DNA from: Chitinophagaceae bacterium
GTDB taxonomy: Bacteria; Bacteroidota; Bacteroidia; Chitinophagales; Chitinophagaceae
Assembly: GCA_033762195.1 (NCBI GenBank)
Contig: JANRLV010000150.1
Location: 30,064-94,063, forward strand
Length of the DNA stretch: 64,000 bases
Reading direction: 5' to 3'
Shown here in pieces: positions 8,496 through 17,995 of the stretch (positions are counted from its first letter, which is position 1; every line of letters begins with the position of its first letter). The notes beneath the pieces were generated by a model. It was not told the DNA's origin and searched no databases. It saw nothing but the letters and a program-made list of their open reading frames with translations. Both the position numbers and the translations under genes were made by a program.

Positions 8496-9092
8496 TTATT
8501 CCGCATCGGCCAGCACTTCCTTCACTTCCGGGATCATTCGCTTCATCATGCCTTCGATACCGGCTTTGAGGGTGATCATGGAGGAGGGGCAACCGGAGCA
8601 GGAGCCTTGCATGGCGAGACTAACCGTTCCGTTTTCGTAGCTTTTGAATTGAATGGCGCCGCCGTCCATTTCAACAGCCGGGCGTACATAGTTATCGAGT
8701 AATTCTTTGATTCGTTTTACCACATCATCATCGTCAGCCGCCACTTCATTGGAGCTTTCCTGTTTTACCGCCGCCAGTTCTTCTTCATTCACCACGGTTT
8801 TTCCTTCTTCCAGGTATTGTTTCAGGAATTCACGAATAGAGGGGATTACATCCGCCCAATCGGTGTCAGAGGTTTTCGACAGTGTTACAAAATTGCTGGC
8901 GATAAAGACCGCGCGGATGAAAGGGAACCCAAACAATTCCACCGCCAAAGGCGAAGGTTTTGCACTCTCAATATCCGGGAAATCAACACTTTTACCCGGA
9001 TAGAGCAGTTTGTTGGCCACAAACTTCATGGTCTCCGGATTTGGGGTCATTTCGGTATAGATACTGATGATGGGATTGCCTGTTTTGATCAT
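8496..9092 (-). CDS. NifU/Nfu family Fe-S cluster assembly protein (Nfu_N + NifU C-terminal domain)
   Basis: It has an N-terminal Nfu_N-like domain and the C-terminal motif 'MQGSCSGCPSSMITLKAGIE' (CxxC). Confidence 0.85.
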   Translation of the reverse strand: MIKTGNPIISIYTEMTPNPETMKFVANKLLYPGKSVDFPDIESAKPSPLAVELFGFPFIRAVFIASNFVTLSKTSDTDWADVIPSIREFLKQYLEEGKTVVNEEELAAVKQESSNEVAADDDDVVKRIKELLDNYVRPAVEMDGGAIQFKSYENGTVSLAMQGSCSGCPSSMITLKAGIEGMMKRMIPEVKEVLADAE

Positions 9093-9194
9093 TGCACACG
9101 GTTTAGATATACAAAAGTAACAAATCAGGTGGAGGGATGTTTACGAAAGCCGGAAAGGAGGGAATTGAGACTTTAGGCTTATGGCTACCAGTTT

Positions 9195-9295
9195 TGCGGC
9201 GAATAATTCAGAATGCGGCAAATAATGGCTCTATTTGCCGCAAAGTATGCGGCGAATATTTGAAATTGCGCCGAATAGTGGCTATATTTGCCGCA
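9195..9295 (+). promoter_or_regulatory. Two tandem 53-nt units, each with three TGCGGC(A/G)AATA half-sites (two direct, one inverted); candidate operator array
   Basis: Half-sites lie at 9195, 9214 and 9232 (inverted), and again at 9248, 9267 and 9285 (inverted), an exact 53-nt period. The perfect palindrome is TGCGGCAAATA-N7-TATTTGCCGCA at 9214..9242. Confidence 0.5.
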
Positions 9296-10424
9296 AATGC
9301 AATCAAATGCTATATATATTTACCAGTTAAGGGGGTGGCCGAATTTCACCTGGAGCCAGGATGCTATCGAGCCGCTGCTCAATAAAGTTCGTATCAGGCA
9401 TGCGCGTTTGATGGGCCGGATGGAGGGGATAGGGTTTTCCTTTCAGGAGGATGCAACTCTGACGATCCTGACACTTGACGTGGTAAAATCATCTGAAATT
9501 GAAGGCATGGTGTTGGATCCTTTACAGGTTCGGTCCTCCATTGCAAAGAGATTAGGCATTGATAGGGCCGGCCTTATTCAATCCGACAGAAGTGTGGAAG
9601 GTATAGTAGAGATGATGCTGGACGCTACTCAGCAATACAAAAAACCCCTGACGCAGGAGAGAATACTTGGTTGGCAGTCATTGCTATTTCCTACTGGTTG
9701 GAGCGCTGGGAACAGAATCGTTGTTGGCGCCTGGCGAAATAATACCGTCAACGATCCCATGCAAGTCATATCTGGTATGTTGGGAAGGGAAAAGGTCCAC
9801 TTTCAGGCACCGGACTCCGCCTTAATTCCAGATGAGATGTATGCTTTTTTGAAATGGTTCAACGAAGACATAAGTGAGGACCCTTTAATAAAGGCAGCTA
9901 TTGCCCATCTGTGGTTTGTGACCATTCACCCTTTTGAGGATGGTAATGGACGCATCACAAGGGCGATTGGAGATTTGCAACTTGCCCGGGCAGATGGAAG
10001 TTCAAAGCGGTTTTACAGCATGTCTGCCCAGATTCGAAAAGAAAGAAATAAATACTACGATGTACTGGAGCAAACGCAAAAAGGAAACCTTGATATTACG
10101 AAGTGGTTGGACTGGTTTCTGCATTGTCTTGACAGAGCGATTCAAGCCACAGAAGAAACGCTTGTAATTGTGTTGCGTAAAGCGGAGTTCTGGAAACAAC
10201 ATGTCGATACTTCCTTTAATGAAAGGCAGCGACACATGCTCGACCAAATCATGGAAGAGTATGAGGGAAGAATCAATTCTTCCAATTGGGCTAAGAAGTG
10301 CAACGTGTCAACTGATACGGCGGTAAGGGACATTCACGACCTTGTAGCGAAAGGGTTATTGGTAAAAGGACCGGAAGGCGGGAGGAGTACAAATTATTTG
10401 CCAACTTTCATCACCGGTTTATAA
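9288..10424 (+). CDS. Fic family protein (DUF4172 N-terminal domain + Fido domain + C-terminal wHTH)
   Basis: The Fic motif 'HPFEDGNGRITRA' is present, and the N-terminal 'IYIYQLRGWPNFTW' is typical of DUF4172. The start could instead be the ATG at 9297. Confidence 0.9.
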   Translation: MPQMQSNAIYIYQLRGWPNFTWSQDAIEPLLNKVRIRHARLMGRMEGIGFSFQEDATLTILTLDVVKSSEIEGMVLDPLQVRSSIAKRLGIDRAGLIQSDRSVEGIVEMMLDATQQYKKPLTQERILGWQSLLFPTGWSAGNRIVVGAWRNNTVNDPMQVISGMLGREKVHFQAPDSALIPDEMYAFLKWFNEDISEDPLIKAAIAHLWFVTIHPFEDGNGRITRAIGDLQLARADGSSKRFYSMSAQIRKERNKYYDVLEQTQKGNLDITKWLDWFLHCLDRAIQATEETLVIVLRKAEFWKQHVDTSFNERQRHMLDQIMEEYEGRINSSNWAKKCNVSTDTAVRDIHDLVAKGLLVKGPEGGRSTNYLPTFITGL

Positions 10425-11057
10425 ATTAATTCCTTCCTCCTCCATTTCCGCAGTCAGCTTTTTTAGCCGTTCTACATGCTTCCCATATAACCAATGCACA
10501 TACCATTTATTCAGCCAATAGCCTGGCAGGGTGAAAATGGCGGCCAGTCCGATCCAGGCCAGGGCCGTTTGCCACCAGGCATAGGCAGGAGAGTGAAAGA
10601 AGATATTCTTTGGGATAAATGAAGGTATATGGATATAAAAAAGAAAACCCAGGTAAAGTATCGTAATGGGAAACAAAAGTGTGCCTGCCCATAAATAGAT
10701 CTTCAGTAATTTTTCGAGTTTGCCCAAATGAAGGTTCAGGTTGCTGCGCACCTCACAGGTTACGCATTGCATGGTCTTGAGCAATCGGTCCTTTCGGAAA
10801 AAATAAAGAAGGTACACGAGTATAAGGGCCAGATATAACCAGACTACATCCATCGTTTTTTCATTCCTCGTAACGATAAAATAAAGGATGACCGCGCCCA
10901 GGCTGAGAATCACTACAAGAAGTTCATATCGTAGTGTTCGCCTCATTTTGCCAAGGCTTGATCCTGATTGCCGCTTTACCATTTCCGAAAGCTTATCCAG
11001 ATTGGTGGGCGAGGCTGGCTGGTTTTGCCACAATTGCTTGAGGTTATCCAATTCCAT
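10419..11057 (-). CDS. Membrane protein, possible anti-sigma partner of the upstream ECF sigma factor
   Basis: It overlaps the sigma-factor stop by 14 nt. It has a cytoplasmic N-terminus and about 4 TM helices, with no recognisable catalytic motif. Confidence 0.4.
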   Translation of the reverse strand: MELDNLKQLWQNQPASPTNLDKLSEMVKRQSGSSLGKMRRTLRYELLVVILSLGAVILYFIVTRNEKTMDVVWLYLALILVYLLYFFRKDRLLKTMQCVTCEVRSNLNLHLGKLEKLLKIYLWAGTLLFPITILYLGFLFYIHIPSFIPKNIFFHSPAYAWWQTALAWIGLAAIFTLPGYWLNKWYVHWLYGKHVERLKKLTAEMEEEGINL

Positions 11058-11559
11058 CCGTTGTAATTTTTGATAGTTGACGTAATTTTTCTTTGATCCT
11101 GTTCATTTTCACACGCAAATTGTTTTGGTTGATACCCAGTACTTCTTCCATTTCATCATAACTGCGGTCATCGAGATAAAGCATCACAATGGCCCGGTCG
11201 ATCTCCGACAGTTGAGCCACGGCCCGGTAGAGTTCGCGAAGCTTTTCTTCCTTTTCGCGCTCTTCGTTTGAATCGGCCACATCGTGAGGGATGGTGGCCG
11301 GGTAATCGATTTTAACCGAACGATTCTTTTTCCGAATACCGGTGATGGCCGTATTCAACGCGATCCGGTAAAGCCAGGTGCTGAATTTGGCATCTCCCCG
11401 AAAGCCGGGGTAGGCTTTCCAGAGCTGGGCCACGATCTCCTGAAAAAGATCTTCCCTGTCACCTGCCGAAGAGGTGTACAGATGGCAGACCTTATACAGG
11501 AGGGCCGTATTTTCCTGCAAAAGCATCAAAAATTCGTCTTGCCTACGTTGATCAATCAC
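11044..11559 (-). CDS. RNA polymerase ECF-type sigma-70 factor
   Basis: Region 2 reads 'DLFQEIVAQLWKAYPGFRGDAKFSTWLYRIALNTAI' and region 4 reads 'DRSYDEMEEVLGINQNNLRVKMNRIKEKL'. Confidence 0.9.
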   Translation of the reverse strand: MIDQRRQDEFLMLLQENTALLYKVCHLYTSSAGDREDLFQEIVAQLWKAYPGFRGDAKFSTWLYRIALNTAITGIRKKNRSVKIDYPATIPHDVADSNEEREKEEKLRELYRAVAQLSEIDRAIVMLYLDDRSYDEMEEVLGINQNNLRVKMNRIKEKLRQLSKITTDGIG

Positions 11560-11775
11560 AGTTGGTTAGGTAATTCTGTTTTCATGTTAGTCGATGACCG
11601 GGTAGTTTTGTTACAAGTATAGTGGGTTGGTTTTCAGCTTTGAGCATGGCCCCATTTGCCAAGGACTTGCAAATCCTGACATTTCTGTCTATTTTTCCCC
11701 TTCCTTTCACGATCCGCCTCCCTGATTAACCCCATATCCCCCGGAAAACAATTTACAGTTAAACCAGAGCATGCT

Positions 11776-12594
11776 ATGAAAAGGATCTGTTTCCTTCTTC
11801 TTCAGGTTGGCCTTATACTTTCCGCCCATTCCCAAAAAATGGAGTGGGAACTCCAATTAGGGACTTTCGGATATGCAGGTGACCTTACCCAATCTACTCC
11901 CAGTATTCATTCCCTTGGTCCGGCCGCGGGCCTGATCGTCCATTACCGCTTACATCCACAGGTATCGATTCGTGGGGGTGTGACCTATGGAACCGCCGGG
12001 GCACATGACAAGTATAATAAAGATACATTGCTGCAACGCCGCAACCTGAGCTTTCGTACCGCCATTGCTGAAGGACACCTCGGTGTGGAAGTCAATCTCA
12101 TCGACCCCGCCGATTCAAAAGTATATCCCTATGTATTTGCCGGCGTAGGTATTTATCATTTCAATCCCTATGCGATGGATGATGGGAATGAAAAGGTATT
12201 TCTAAAACCCCTCAGCACCGAAGGTCAGGGCCTTCCCGAATACCCGGAACGAAAGGAGTATAAACTGACCCAGTTTTCCGTGCCTTTTGGCGGGGGGTTG
12301 AAGATGAAAGTAAATGAACGATTTTCAGTTGGGTTTGAAATAGGCATCCGCAAAACATTTACTGACTACCTCGATGATGTAAGTACACGTTATATCAATT
12401 ATAATATCCTCGATGCAAGAAAAGGCCCCAAAGCGGTTGAACTGGCTTTTCGTGGAATCACACCCGCCGGGGTACAAGCTGAACCGGTTACCGATGATAT
12501 ACGGGGTAATCCCAAAGAAAAAGATGTTTACTACTACATGGGGTTCAAGCTGATTTTTAGAAAAGGGCCATCCAAAAAAGCAACCGAAAAATAG
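11776..12594 (+). CDS. Outer-membrane beta-barrel protein (DUF6089-like)
   Basis: It has a signal peptide, the 'GTFGYAGDL' motif and beta-barrel periodicity. The family name is from memory. Confidence 0.5.
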   Translation: MKRICFLLLQVGLILSAHSQKMEWELQLGTFGYAGDLTQSTPSIHSLGPAAGLIVHYRLHPQVSIRGGVTYGTAGAHDKYNKDTLLQRRNLSFRTAIAEGHLGVEVNLIDPADSKVYPYVFAGVGIYHFNPYAMDDGNEKVFLKPLSTEGQGLPEYPERKEYKLTQFSVPFGGGLKMKVNERFSVGFEIGIRKTFTDYLDDVSTRYINYNILDARKGPKAVELAFRGITPAGVQAEPVTDDIRGNPKEKDVYYYMGFKLIFRKGPSKKATEK

Positions 12595-12619
12595 CTCCGG
12601 ATATATTTATTTTGCGGGC

Positions 12620-12973
12620 ATGAAGAAAATGTATCATCTCGGTACTTGTACCACTTCGCAAGCTATTATCAAAGAGACGGGGATTGATAAAAAAGGTTTT
12701 GTTATGCAGGATATCAAAACCGAAAAGATCACACCGGCACAATTGGAGGAAATGAAGTCACTGACCGGATCATATGAATCTTTATTCAGCCGTCGCGCCC
12801 TGAAGTACAAAGAATGGGGTTTAAAGGACAAACAACTTACTGAGAAGGACTACCGTCAATATATACTCGATGAATACACGTTTCTCAAAAGACCGGTTGT
12901 GATCATCGGAAAAAAGATCTTTGTCGGCAGCGAAAAGAAAAACATAGCCGCCCTTAAAGCATCGCTGGACTGA
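12620..12973 (+). CDS. ArsC/Spx/MgsR family protein
   Basis: A protein of about 115 aa with thioredoxin-fold pattern 'YHLGTCTTSQ...' and the C-terminal 'FLKRPVVIIGKKIFVG' typical of the ArsC family. Confidence 0.7.
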   Translation: MKKMYHLGTCTTSQAIIKETGIDKKGFVMQDIKTEKITPAQLEEMKSLTGSYESLFSRRALKYKEWGLKDKQLTEKDYRQYILDEYTFLKRPVVIIGKKIFVGSEKKNIAALKASLD

Positions 12974-13000
12974 TCAAATATTTCGTTTTTTGTAAACTTC

Positions 13001-13035
13001 AAATCCCCGAATCCGCCCAATCCTCAAATCCTGGT
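13001..13035. repeat. Degenerate 8-9-nt tandem units AATCCNNN(N) x4 (GGATT on the minus strand)
   Basis: 'aaatccccg aatccgccc aatcctca aatcctgg' lies between the convergent ArsC-like and helicase genes. The vocabulary matches 48291..48345. Confidence 0.6.
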
Positions 13036-13039
13036 AAAA

Positions 13040-15388
13040 TCAGGGTAGTATGCGGAGTTTCGCATAATTCAGCATGATCTTCTTCTCTCCGTTATGTTCA
13101 AATTTCACGGTGGCGATGGGATTATGGGCCGCGCCTTCCATTTTGATCACTTCTCCAAAACCAAACTTGGCATGTTCCACCTTCTGACCTGGCTGGAGGT
13201 TGGAGGTATCACTGGGTTCAAAATCCTTACTGGGAATATGTTCCACTGTTTTATGAACAGGGGGGTTTATGATTTGTGAAACGACAGAGCCGGTTTTCTT
13301 TGCCGGCGGGCCATACTTCTTTTCTGCTTCCTGTGCATTGTTTCCTCCAAAACCCCGGTTCATCCGTTCAAAGGCCGAACCCATGCGGTTGTCACTGAAT
13401 CCGCTGTTGCGGCTGCCGCCTCCGGCAAAGCTGCGGTCGAGGTATTGATCGGGGATCTCATCAATAAAGCGGCTGGGTTCATTTTGTACGAGGCTGCCAA
13501 AACGATAACGTGCGTTGGCGTAGGTGATCCAAAGATTTTTCTTAGCCCGGGTAATCACTACATAGAACAAACGTCTTTCTTCTTCGAGCTCTTCGCGGGT
13601 ATTGATGGAAAGGGCATTGGGGAATAACATTTCTTCCAACCCGCCCGCAAATACACAGGAGAATTCAAGACCCTTGGCGGCATGGATCGTCATTAGTTTG
13701 ACTGTATCCGCATCGGCATCCTTTTGGTCGGAGTCGGTCAGCAGGGTGATCTGTTGCAGATAAGCTCCGAGACTTTTATCTACCACTTCTCCATCTTCAT
13801 TGTCCGGGCTTTCCACCCATTCTTTGATGGAGTTCAGTAATTCCTGGATATTCTCATAGCGTTGCACCCCTTCGGTGCTTTTATCATTGAAAAGTTCCTT
13901 AACGATATTGGTTTGTTTACCGATATGAAAGGCTACTTCGTAGGCGTTTTGTTTTTCCAGCATGCTCCGGAAGCTCCGGATCATGGTTACAAATTCTTCG
14001 ATGGACTGAAGCGAGGCCCCTTTGAATCCATAGCTCGATGCTTTTTCCAATACCTCCCACATGGAGATATTGTTTTCATTCGCCATGAGCACGGCCTTAT
14101 CGATCGAGGTCTTGCCAATGCCACGCGCGGGATAGTTGATGATTCTTTTCAGTGCCTCTTCATCACGGCCATTGACAACGATCCGGAGGTAGCCGACAAG
14201 GTCCTTGATCTCCTTGCGTTGATAAAAACTGATGCCTCCATAAATGGTATAAGGAATACCCATACGACGCAAGGCTTCTTCAAAGGCCCGGCTTTGCGCG
14301 TTGGTACGGTATAATATGGCAAAATCCTTATTCGCAAAGTGATTGCGGAGTTTTTGTTCCTGAATGGTATCCGCTACGTACTTCCCTTCTTCGTTGTCGG
14401 TCATGGTACGTACAAGACGGATCTTTTCCCCATCGGCATTTTCGGTGAACAAAACTTTTTCGATCTGGCCTTTATTGTTCTTGATTACTTCATTGGCTAC
14501 GTGAAGGATACTTTTGGTGCTGCGGTAGTTTTGTTCCAGTTTGATGACTTTGACTTCATCATAGTCCTTCTGGAATTGCAGGATATTTTCGATCGTGGCC
14601 CCGCGAAAACTGTAAATGCTTTGGGCATCGTCGCCTACCACACAGACATTTTCGTGCATGGCGCCCAGTAGTTTGATGATCTCGTACTGGGCGGGGTTGG
14701 TATCCTGGTACTCATCGATCAGGATGTATTTGAATTTGTGCTGGTATTTGCTCAGGCTGTCGGGGAAGACCTTGAGTAGTTCATAGAATTTAAGCAGGAG
14801 GTCATCAAAATCCATGGCGCCGTTCTTGAAACAACGTTTTACATAGGCGTCGAATATCTGGGCAATGGCCGGACGGTTGGCACGTATATCTTCCTGCTGG
14901 ATATAATAATCGTTCGCGTATTCGGCGGGTCCAACCAGGGCGTTTTTAGCGGAGGAGATGCGGTTATAAACCGTGGAGGGTTTATAATGTTTATCATCCA
15001 GGTTCATTTCATTGATGACCGTTTTCACCACGCTTTTTGCATCATCGGTATCATAGATGGTAAACTGGTTGGGGTATCCCAGTTTATGCGCTTCAGCACG
15101 CAGGATGCGGGCAAATACACTGTGGAAGGTGCCGATATAGAGGTTGCGGGCTTCGTTATTCCCGAGGATCCGTTCCACCCTTTCCTTCATTTCTTTGGCG
15201 GCCTTATTGGTAAAAGTAAGGGCGAGAATATTAAATGAGTCGACTCCGTTCGCCATCAGGTGGGCGATGCGGGTGGTGAGTACTTTTGTTTTTCCGGAAC
15301 CGGCCCCGGCTACGATCATCAGGGGTCCGTTGATATGGGTAACGGCTTCACGTTGTCTTTCGTTCAAGTCCTTCAGGTAATCTTGCAT
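13040..15388 (-). CDS. ATP-dependent DNA helicase, UvrD/PcrA/Rep family
   Basis: Helicase motifs 'AGAGSGKT', 'ILIDEYQDTN', 'VGDDAQSIYSFRGA', 'LEQNYRS' and 'TIHAAKGLEF' are all present. Confidence 0.95.
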   Translation of the reverse strand: MQDYLKDLNERQREAVTHINGPLMIVAGAGSGKTKVLTTRIAHLMANGVDSFNILALTFTNKAAKEMKERVERILGNNEARNLYIGTFHSVFARILRAEAHKLGYPNQFTIYDTDDAKSVVKTVINEMNLDDKHYKPSTVYNRISSAKNALVGPAEYANDYYIQQEDIRANRPAIAQIFDAYVKRCFKNGAMDFDDLLLKFYELLKVFPDSLSKYQHKFKYILIDEYQDTNPAQYEIIKLLGAMHENVCVVGDDAQSIYSFRGATIENILQFQKDYDEVKVIKLEQNYRSTKSILHVANEVIKNNKGQIEKVLFTENADGEKIRLVRTMTDNEEGKYVADTIQEQKLRNHFANKDFAILYRTNAQSRAFEEALRRMGIPYTIYGGISFYQRKEIKDLVGYLRIVVNGRDEEALKRIINYPARGIGKTSIDKAVLMANENNISMWEVLEKASSYGFKGASLQSIEEFVTMIRSFRSMLEKQNAYEVAFHIGKQTNIVKELFNDKSTEGVQRYENIQELLNSIKEWVESPDNEDGEVVDKSLGAYLQQITLLTDSDQKDADADTVKLMTIHAAKGLEFSCVFAGGLEEMLFPNALSINTREELEEERRLFYVVITRAKKNLWITYANARYRFGSLVQNEPSRFIDEIPDQYLDRSFAGGGSRNSGFSDNRMGSAFERMNRGFGGNNAQEAEKKYGPPAKKTGSVVSQIINPPVHKTVEHIPSKDFEPSDTSNLQPGQKVEHAKFGFGEVIKMEGAAHNPIATVKFEHNGEKKIMLNYAKLRILP

Positions 15389-16238
15389 GGGTGCAATTTA
15401 CTGACTTCCCGACCTCCGAACTCAAATAACGGCCTGTGAAAAAGATGAAATGTTTGGGAAAAAGGAGTGGTTGGCTCCAGATGGTCAGGACAAAGGTGTG
15501 AAGCAGGCGTTTACCGAGCACTCTGAAGTAGGACAGGTTGATGGGGAGGCTGATGGTTCCTCTTTTTTTATCTTTTCGATGGTCGCTGAGATCATCGGCG
15601 ATATTTAGCATACACTCCAGCCGGGAGAGGTAGGTCTGAAGCGGGAGATAGCGTGGGCTGGCCGGATCGATAAGGTTTTCTTTAGTCAACAGTAAAAGGA
15701 GAAACTGGATAGCAGCCTTACCTTCCTCATGCAGACAGTTCAGGATGTCCTGAGGTGTCTGGGCCTTAGATTTATCGATACCTGACCGGATGACGGCGAG
15801 GGAGAATGCGAGAAGCGGTTCGAGCAGGTTATTTTTCCGGCAATACGAATAAAACCGGAAAAGCATGGAAGCGGCAGAAGGTGGATAGAGGGCTGTTCCG
15901 ATTTTGATGCAGAGGGCGGAGAGATGCCAGGTAAAAGCTTCTTCCTGGTCATTCTCCGGAAGTTGATGAAAGAAGACCGGAAATTCCGACAGGAGTTTTT
16001 CTTTTTGGTCCAGGTCGAGGGCATCCAGGTGTGAATCAATGCAACAGGCGATATGCCCCAGGGTGGAAAACAGGGAATGGGTAGCTGGTTGATGGACAGT
16101 TGGGAAGAAATCCCCGATCATGGTTTGGGCAAAGGAGAGACAAAGTTCATAGCGCCTGTGTTTACTGGTATCGACCAGGATGTCGGCGGAGGTCGTACTA
16201 TCGACCGAAGTACCAGTATATAGACTTACAGACGGCAT
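15348..16238 (-). CDS. Squalene/phytoene-synthase-like (class 1 isoprenoid synthase fold) protein
   Basis: There is a first Asp-rich motif 'DSHLD'. The second motif 'NIADDLSDHRKDKKRGTISLP' resembles the phytoene/squalene synthase 'NIxRDxxxDxxxGRxYxP'. The 3' end overlaps the helicase start by 41 nt. Confidence 0.45.
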   Translation of the reverse strand: MPSVSLYTGTSVDSTTSADILVDTSKHRRYELCLSFAQTMIGDFFPTVHQPATHSLFSTLGHIACCIDSHLDALDLDQKEKLLSEFPVFFHQLPENDQEEAFTWHLSALCIKIGTALYPPSAASMLFRFYSYCRKNNLLEPLLAFSLAVIRSGIDKSKAQTPQDILNCLHEEGKAAIQFLLLLLTKENLIDPASPRYLPLQTYLSRLECMLNIADDLSDHRKDKKRGTISLPINLSYFRVLGKRLLHTFVLTIWSQPLLFPKHFIFFTGRYLSSEVGKSVNCTHARLPEGLERKTT

Positions 16239-16562
16239 GGAATCAAATATAGTTTATTCGTTTTAGGAGGAAGGTAATTGGATGTTAAAGGTGTAACGAA
16301 TGCCAAGTTAAATATGTTACGGCGACCGGAGGATACCCGTACCAGGGTATTTCCGGAAAACACCCCAAAAAAATCGTGTAAACAGTATTTGTTATTTTCT
16401 TCTTTTTATTCATCTTAGCACCCTGTTAAAATCACGATATCCATTGTATCCACGAATAAGGGTTGCCGATCTCCTTCCTTCCCTTTATAAGCCCCACTTA
16501 AGATCATTTTGAATTCGGAAACCCGAGAGGGGAAAGCCATTTTTAACCTGTAAACTTTATCC

Positions 16563-17231
16563 ATGACTTCTGCATTGTCCAATCAATTTGGATTATCCAT
16601 TGGTTTTGCTGCCTTTTTGGCCCTGCTTCGTGTCCGAAGTACAGAGTCTTCATTTTATCCTTTTTATTTTTTTTGCTGGGTGGGATTTATTCATGAGTTG
16701 AGTGATTGGTTATTGTTGTCCGTGGGTTATTTCACATCCTGGAATGACAATGTGTATGCTTTGGTGACGGTGGTATTGGTGATCTGGCAGTTTTGGGAAT
16801 GGGGTTTATGGCGGGAGCGGGATTGGTTGTACCTGGTATTACTATCGGTGACTGGGTTATTTTGGTTAGTGGAAACCTGTATCCGACTGGATGGAACGGC
16901 GGTAAACTCCTGGTTTTGTTTATTTAGTTCACTGGGGGTGGTTTTGATGAGTATATGGTGGATCGGGGTTGTTTTTTACCGGGAGGATGAGTATTTGTAC
17001 AAGAATCCTGTTTTTTTGATCTGTTTTGGGTTCATGGTCTATTATTCCGTTTTCATATTGGCGGAATCGGCCTGGATACCGGGGATGAATGACAGGGAGG
17101 ATTATCGGCAAATGGTGTATAAGGTAATGGCCTGGGTTAAACTGGTTACGGCCATGCTATTTGCTTTGTCAGTTAGGTGGGTACCATTATGTAAAGATCA
17201 CATATTGAAATTATGTTCAGGACGTCATTGA
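16563..17231 (+). CDS. Polytopic membrane protein (about 6 TM) translationally coupled to the downstream histidine kinase
   Basis: Hydrophobic helices run throughout. The stop at 17231 overlaps the kinase ATG at 17213. Confidence 0.5.
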   Translation: MTSALSNQFGLSIGFAAFLALLRVRSTESSFYPFYFFCWVGFIHELSDWLLLSVGYFTSWNDNVYALVTVVLVIWQFWEWGLWRERDWLYLVLLSVTGLFWLVETCIRLDGTAVNSWFCLFSSLGVVLMSIWWIGVVFYREDEYLYKNPVFLICFGFMVYYSVFILAESAWIPGMNDREDYRQMVYKVMAWVKLVTAMLFALSVRWVPLCKDHILKLCSGRH

Positions 17232-17995
17232 TTTTCGGATTTATTCTGGTGTATATGTTATTTGTTCTTTTGCGAGCCCACCGGAAATACCGGAGGGAGC
17301 AGGCGGAGCGAATTCGGCAGGAGGTGAATTCATTGGATAGTGCGATAGAGGAGCTGGCCCGTGATATTCATGATGAGGTTTCATCTTCTCTGGCGTTGAT
17401 CACGATTGAATTTGGTCAAATAGAGCGGCAGGGGGTTCCCTCGCGTGAGAGTATGGAGTCGATTCGCCGAAACCTGATGGAAGCGAGTATGATAACGGCA
17501 AGGGCAACGCGTCAATTGGCTGGGAAGGATATCCAGATGGAAGGTTTGCAAAAAATGTTGACAGATTATATTGATCGTTGCCGGGAAACCCGGGCCATTC
17601 AAATCGACTTTCAATGTGATCTGGTGGATGAACCGGACGGGCAATCATCTTTACAGATCTACCGCATTTTGCTTGAATTGATTCAAAATGTGATCCGGCA
17701 TGCACAAGCCACCCGGATAAGTATAAAAATGTGTACAGAAGGCAAGAACCTCTGTCTGCTGTTTCGGGACAATGGAGTAGGCATACCAAAAAAGGCGGGA
17801 GAGTCAGGACAGGGAGGCATGGGGAGGGCCAATATCCGAAAGCGGGTGCGCTTCCTCAAGGGAAAAATGATAGACTGGAGTCTCCCGGGAAAGGGGACAG
17901 AATATTTTATTGAATTACCAATTAATATACCTTATGACCAGACCAATCAAACTGCTGATAGCCGACGACCACTCTCTGTTCAGAGACGCGGTTAA
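17213..17995 (+). CDS. Sensor histidine kinase, NarL-partner type (HisKA_3 + HATPase_c)
   Basis: It has one N-terminal TM helix, the H-box 'IHDEVSSSLALI', the N-box 'LELIQNVIRHA' and G-boxes 'DNGVGI' and 'GMGRANIRKR'. Confidence 0.85.
   Translation: MFRTSLIFGFILVYMLFVLLRAHRKYRREQAERIRQEVNSLDSAIEELARDIHDEVSSSLALITIEFGQIERQGVPSRESMESIRRNLMEASMITARATRQLAGKDIQMEGLQKMLTDYIDRCRETRAIQIDFQCDLVDEPDGQSSLQIYRILLELIQNVIRHAQATRISIKMCTEGKNLCLLFRDNGVGIPKKAGESGQGGMGRANIRKRVRFLKGKMIDWSLPGKGTEYFIELPINIPYDQTNQTADSRRPLSVQRRG

Noticed and set aside
9288-10424. Fic gene as part of a toxin-antitoxin or defence module
   Set aside because: There is no small partner ORF on either side. The architecture (DUF4172 + Fido + wHTH) is the common housekeeping-type Bacteroidota Fic, so only the upstream repeat array is reported.
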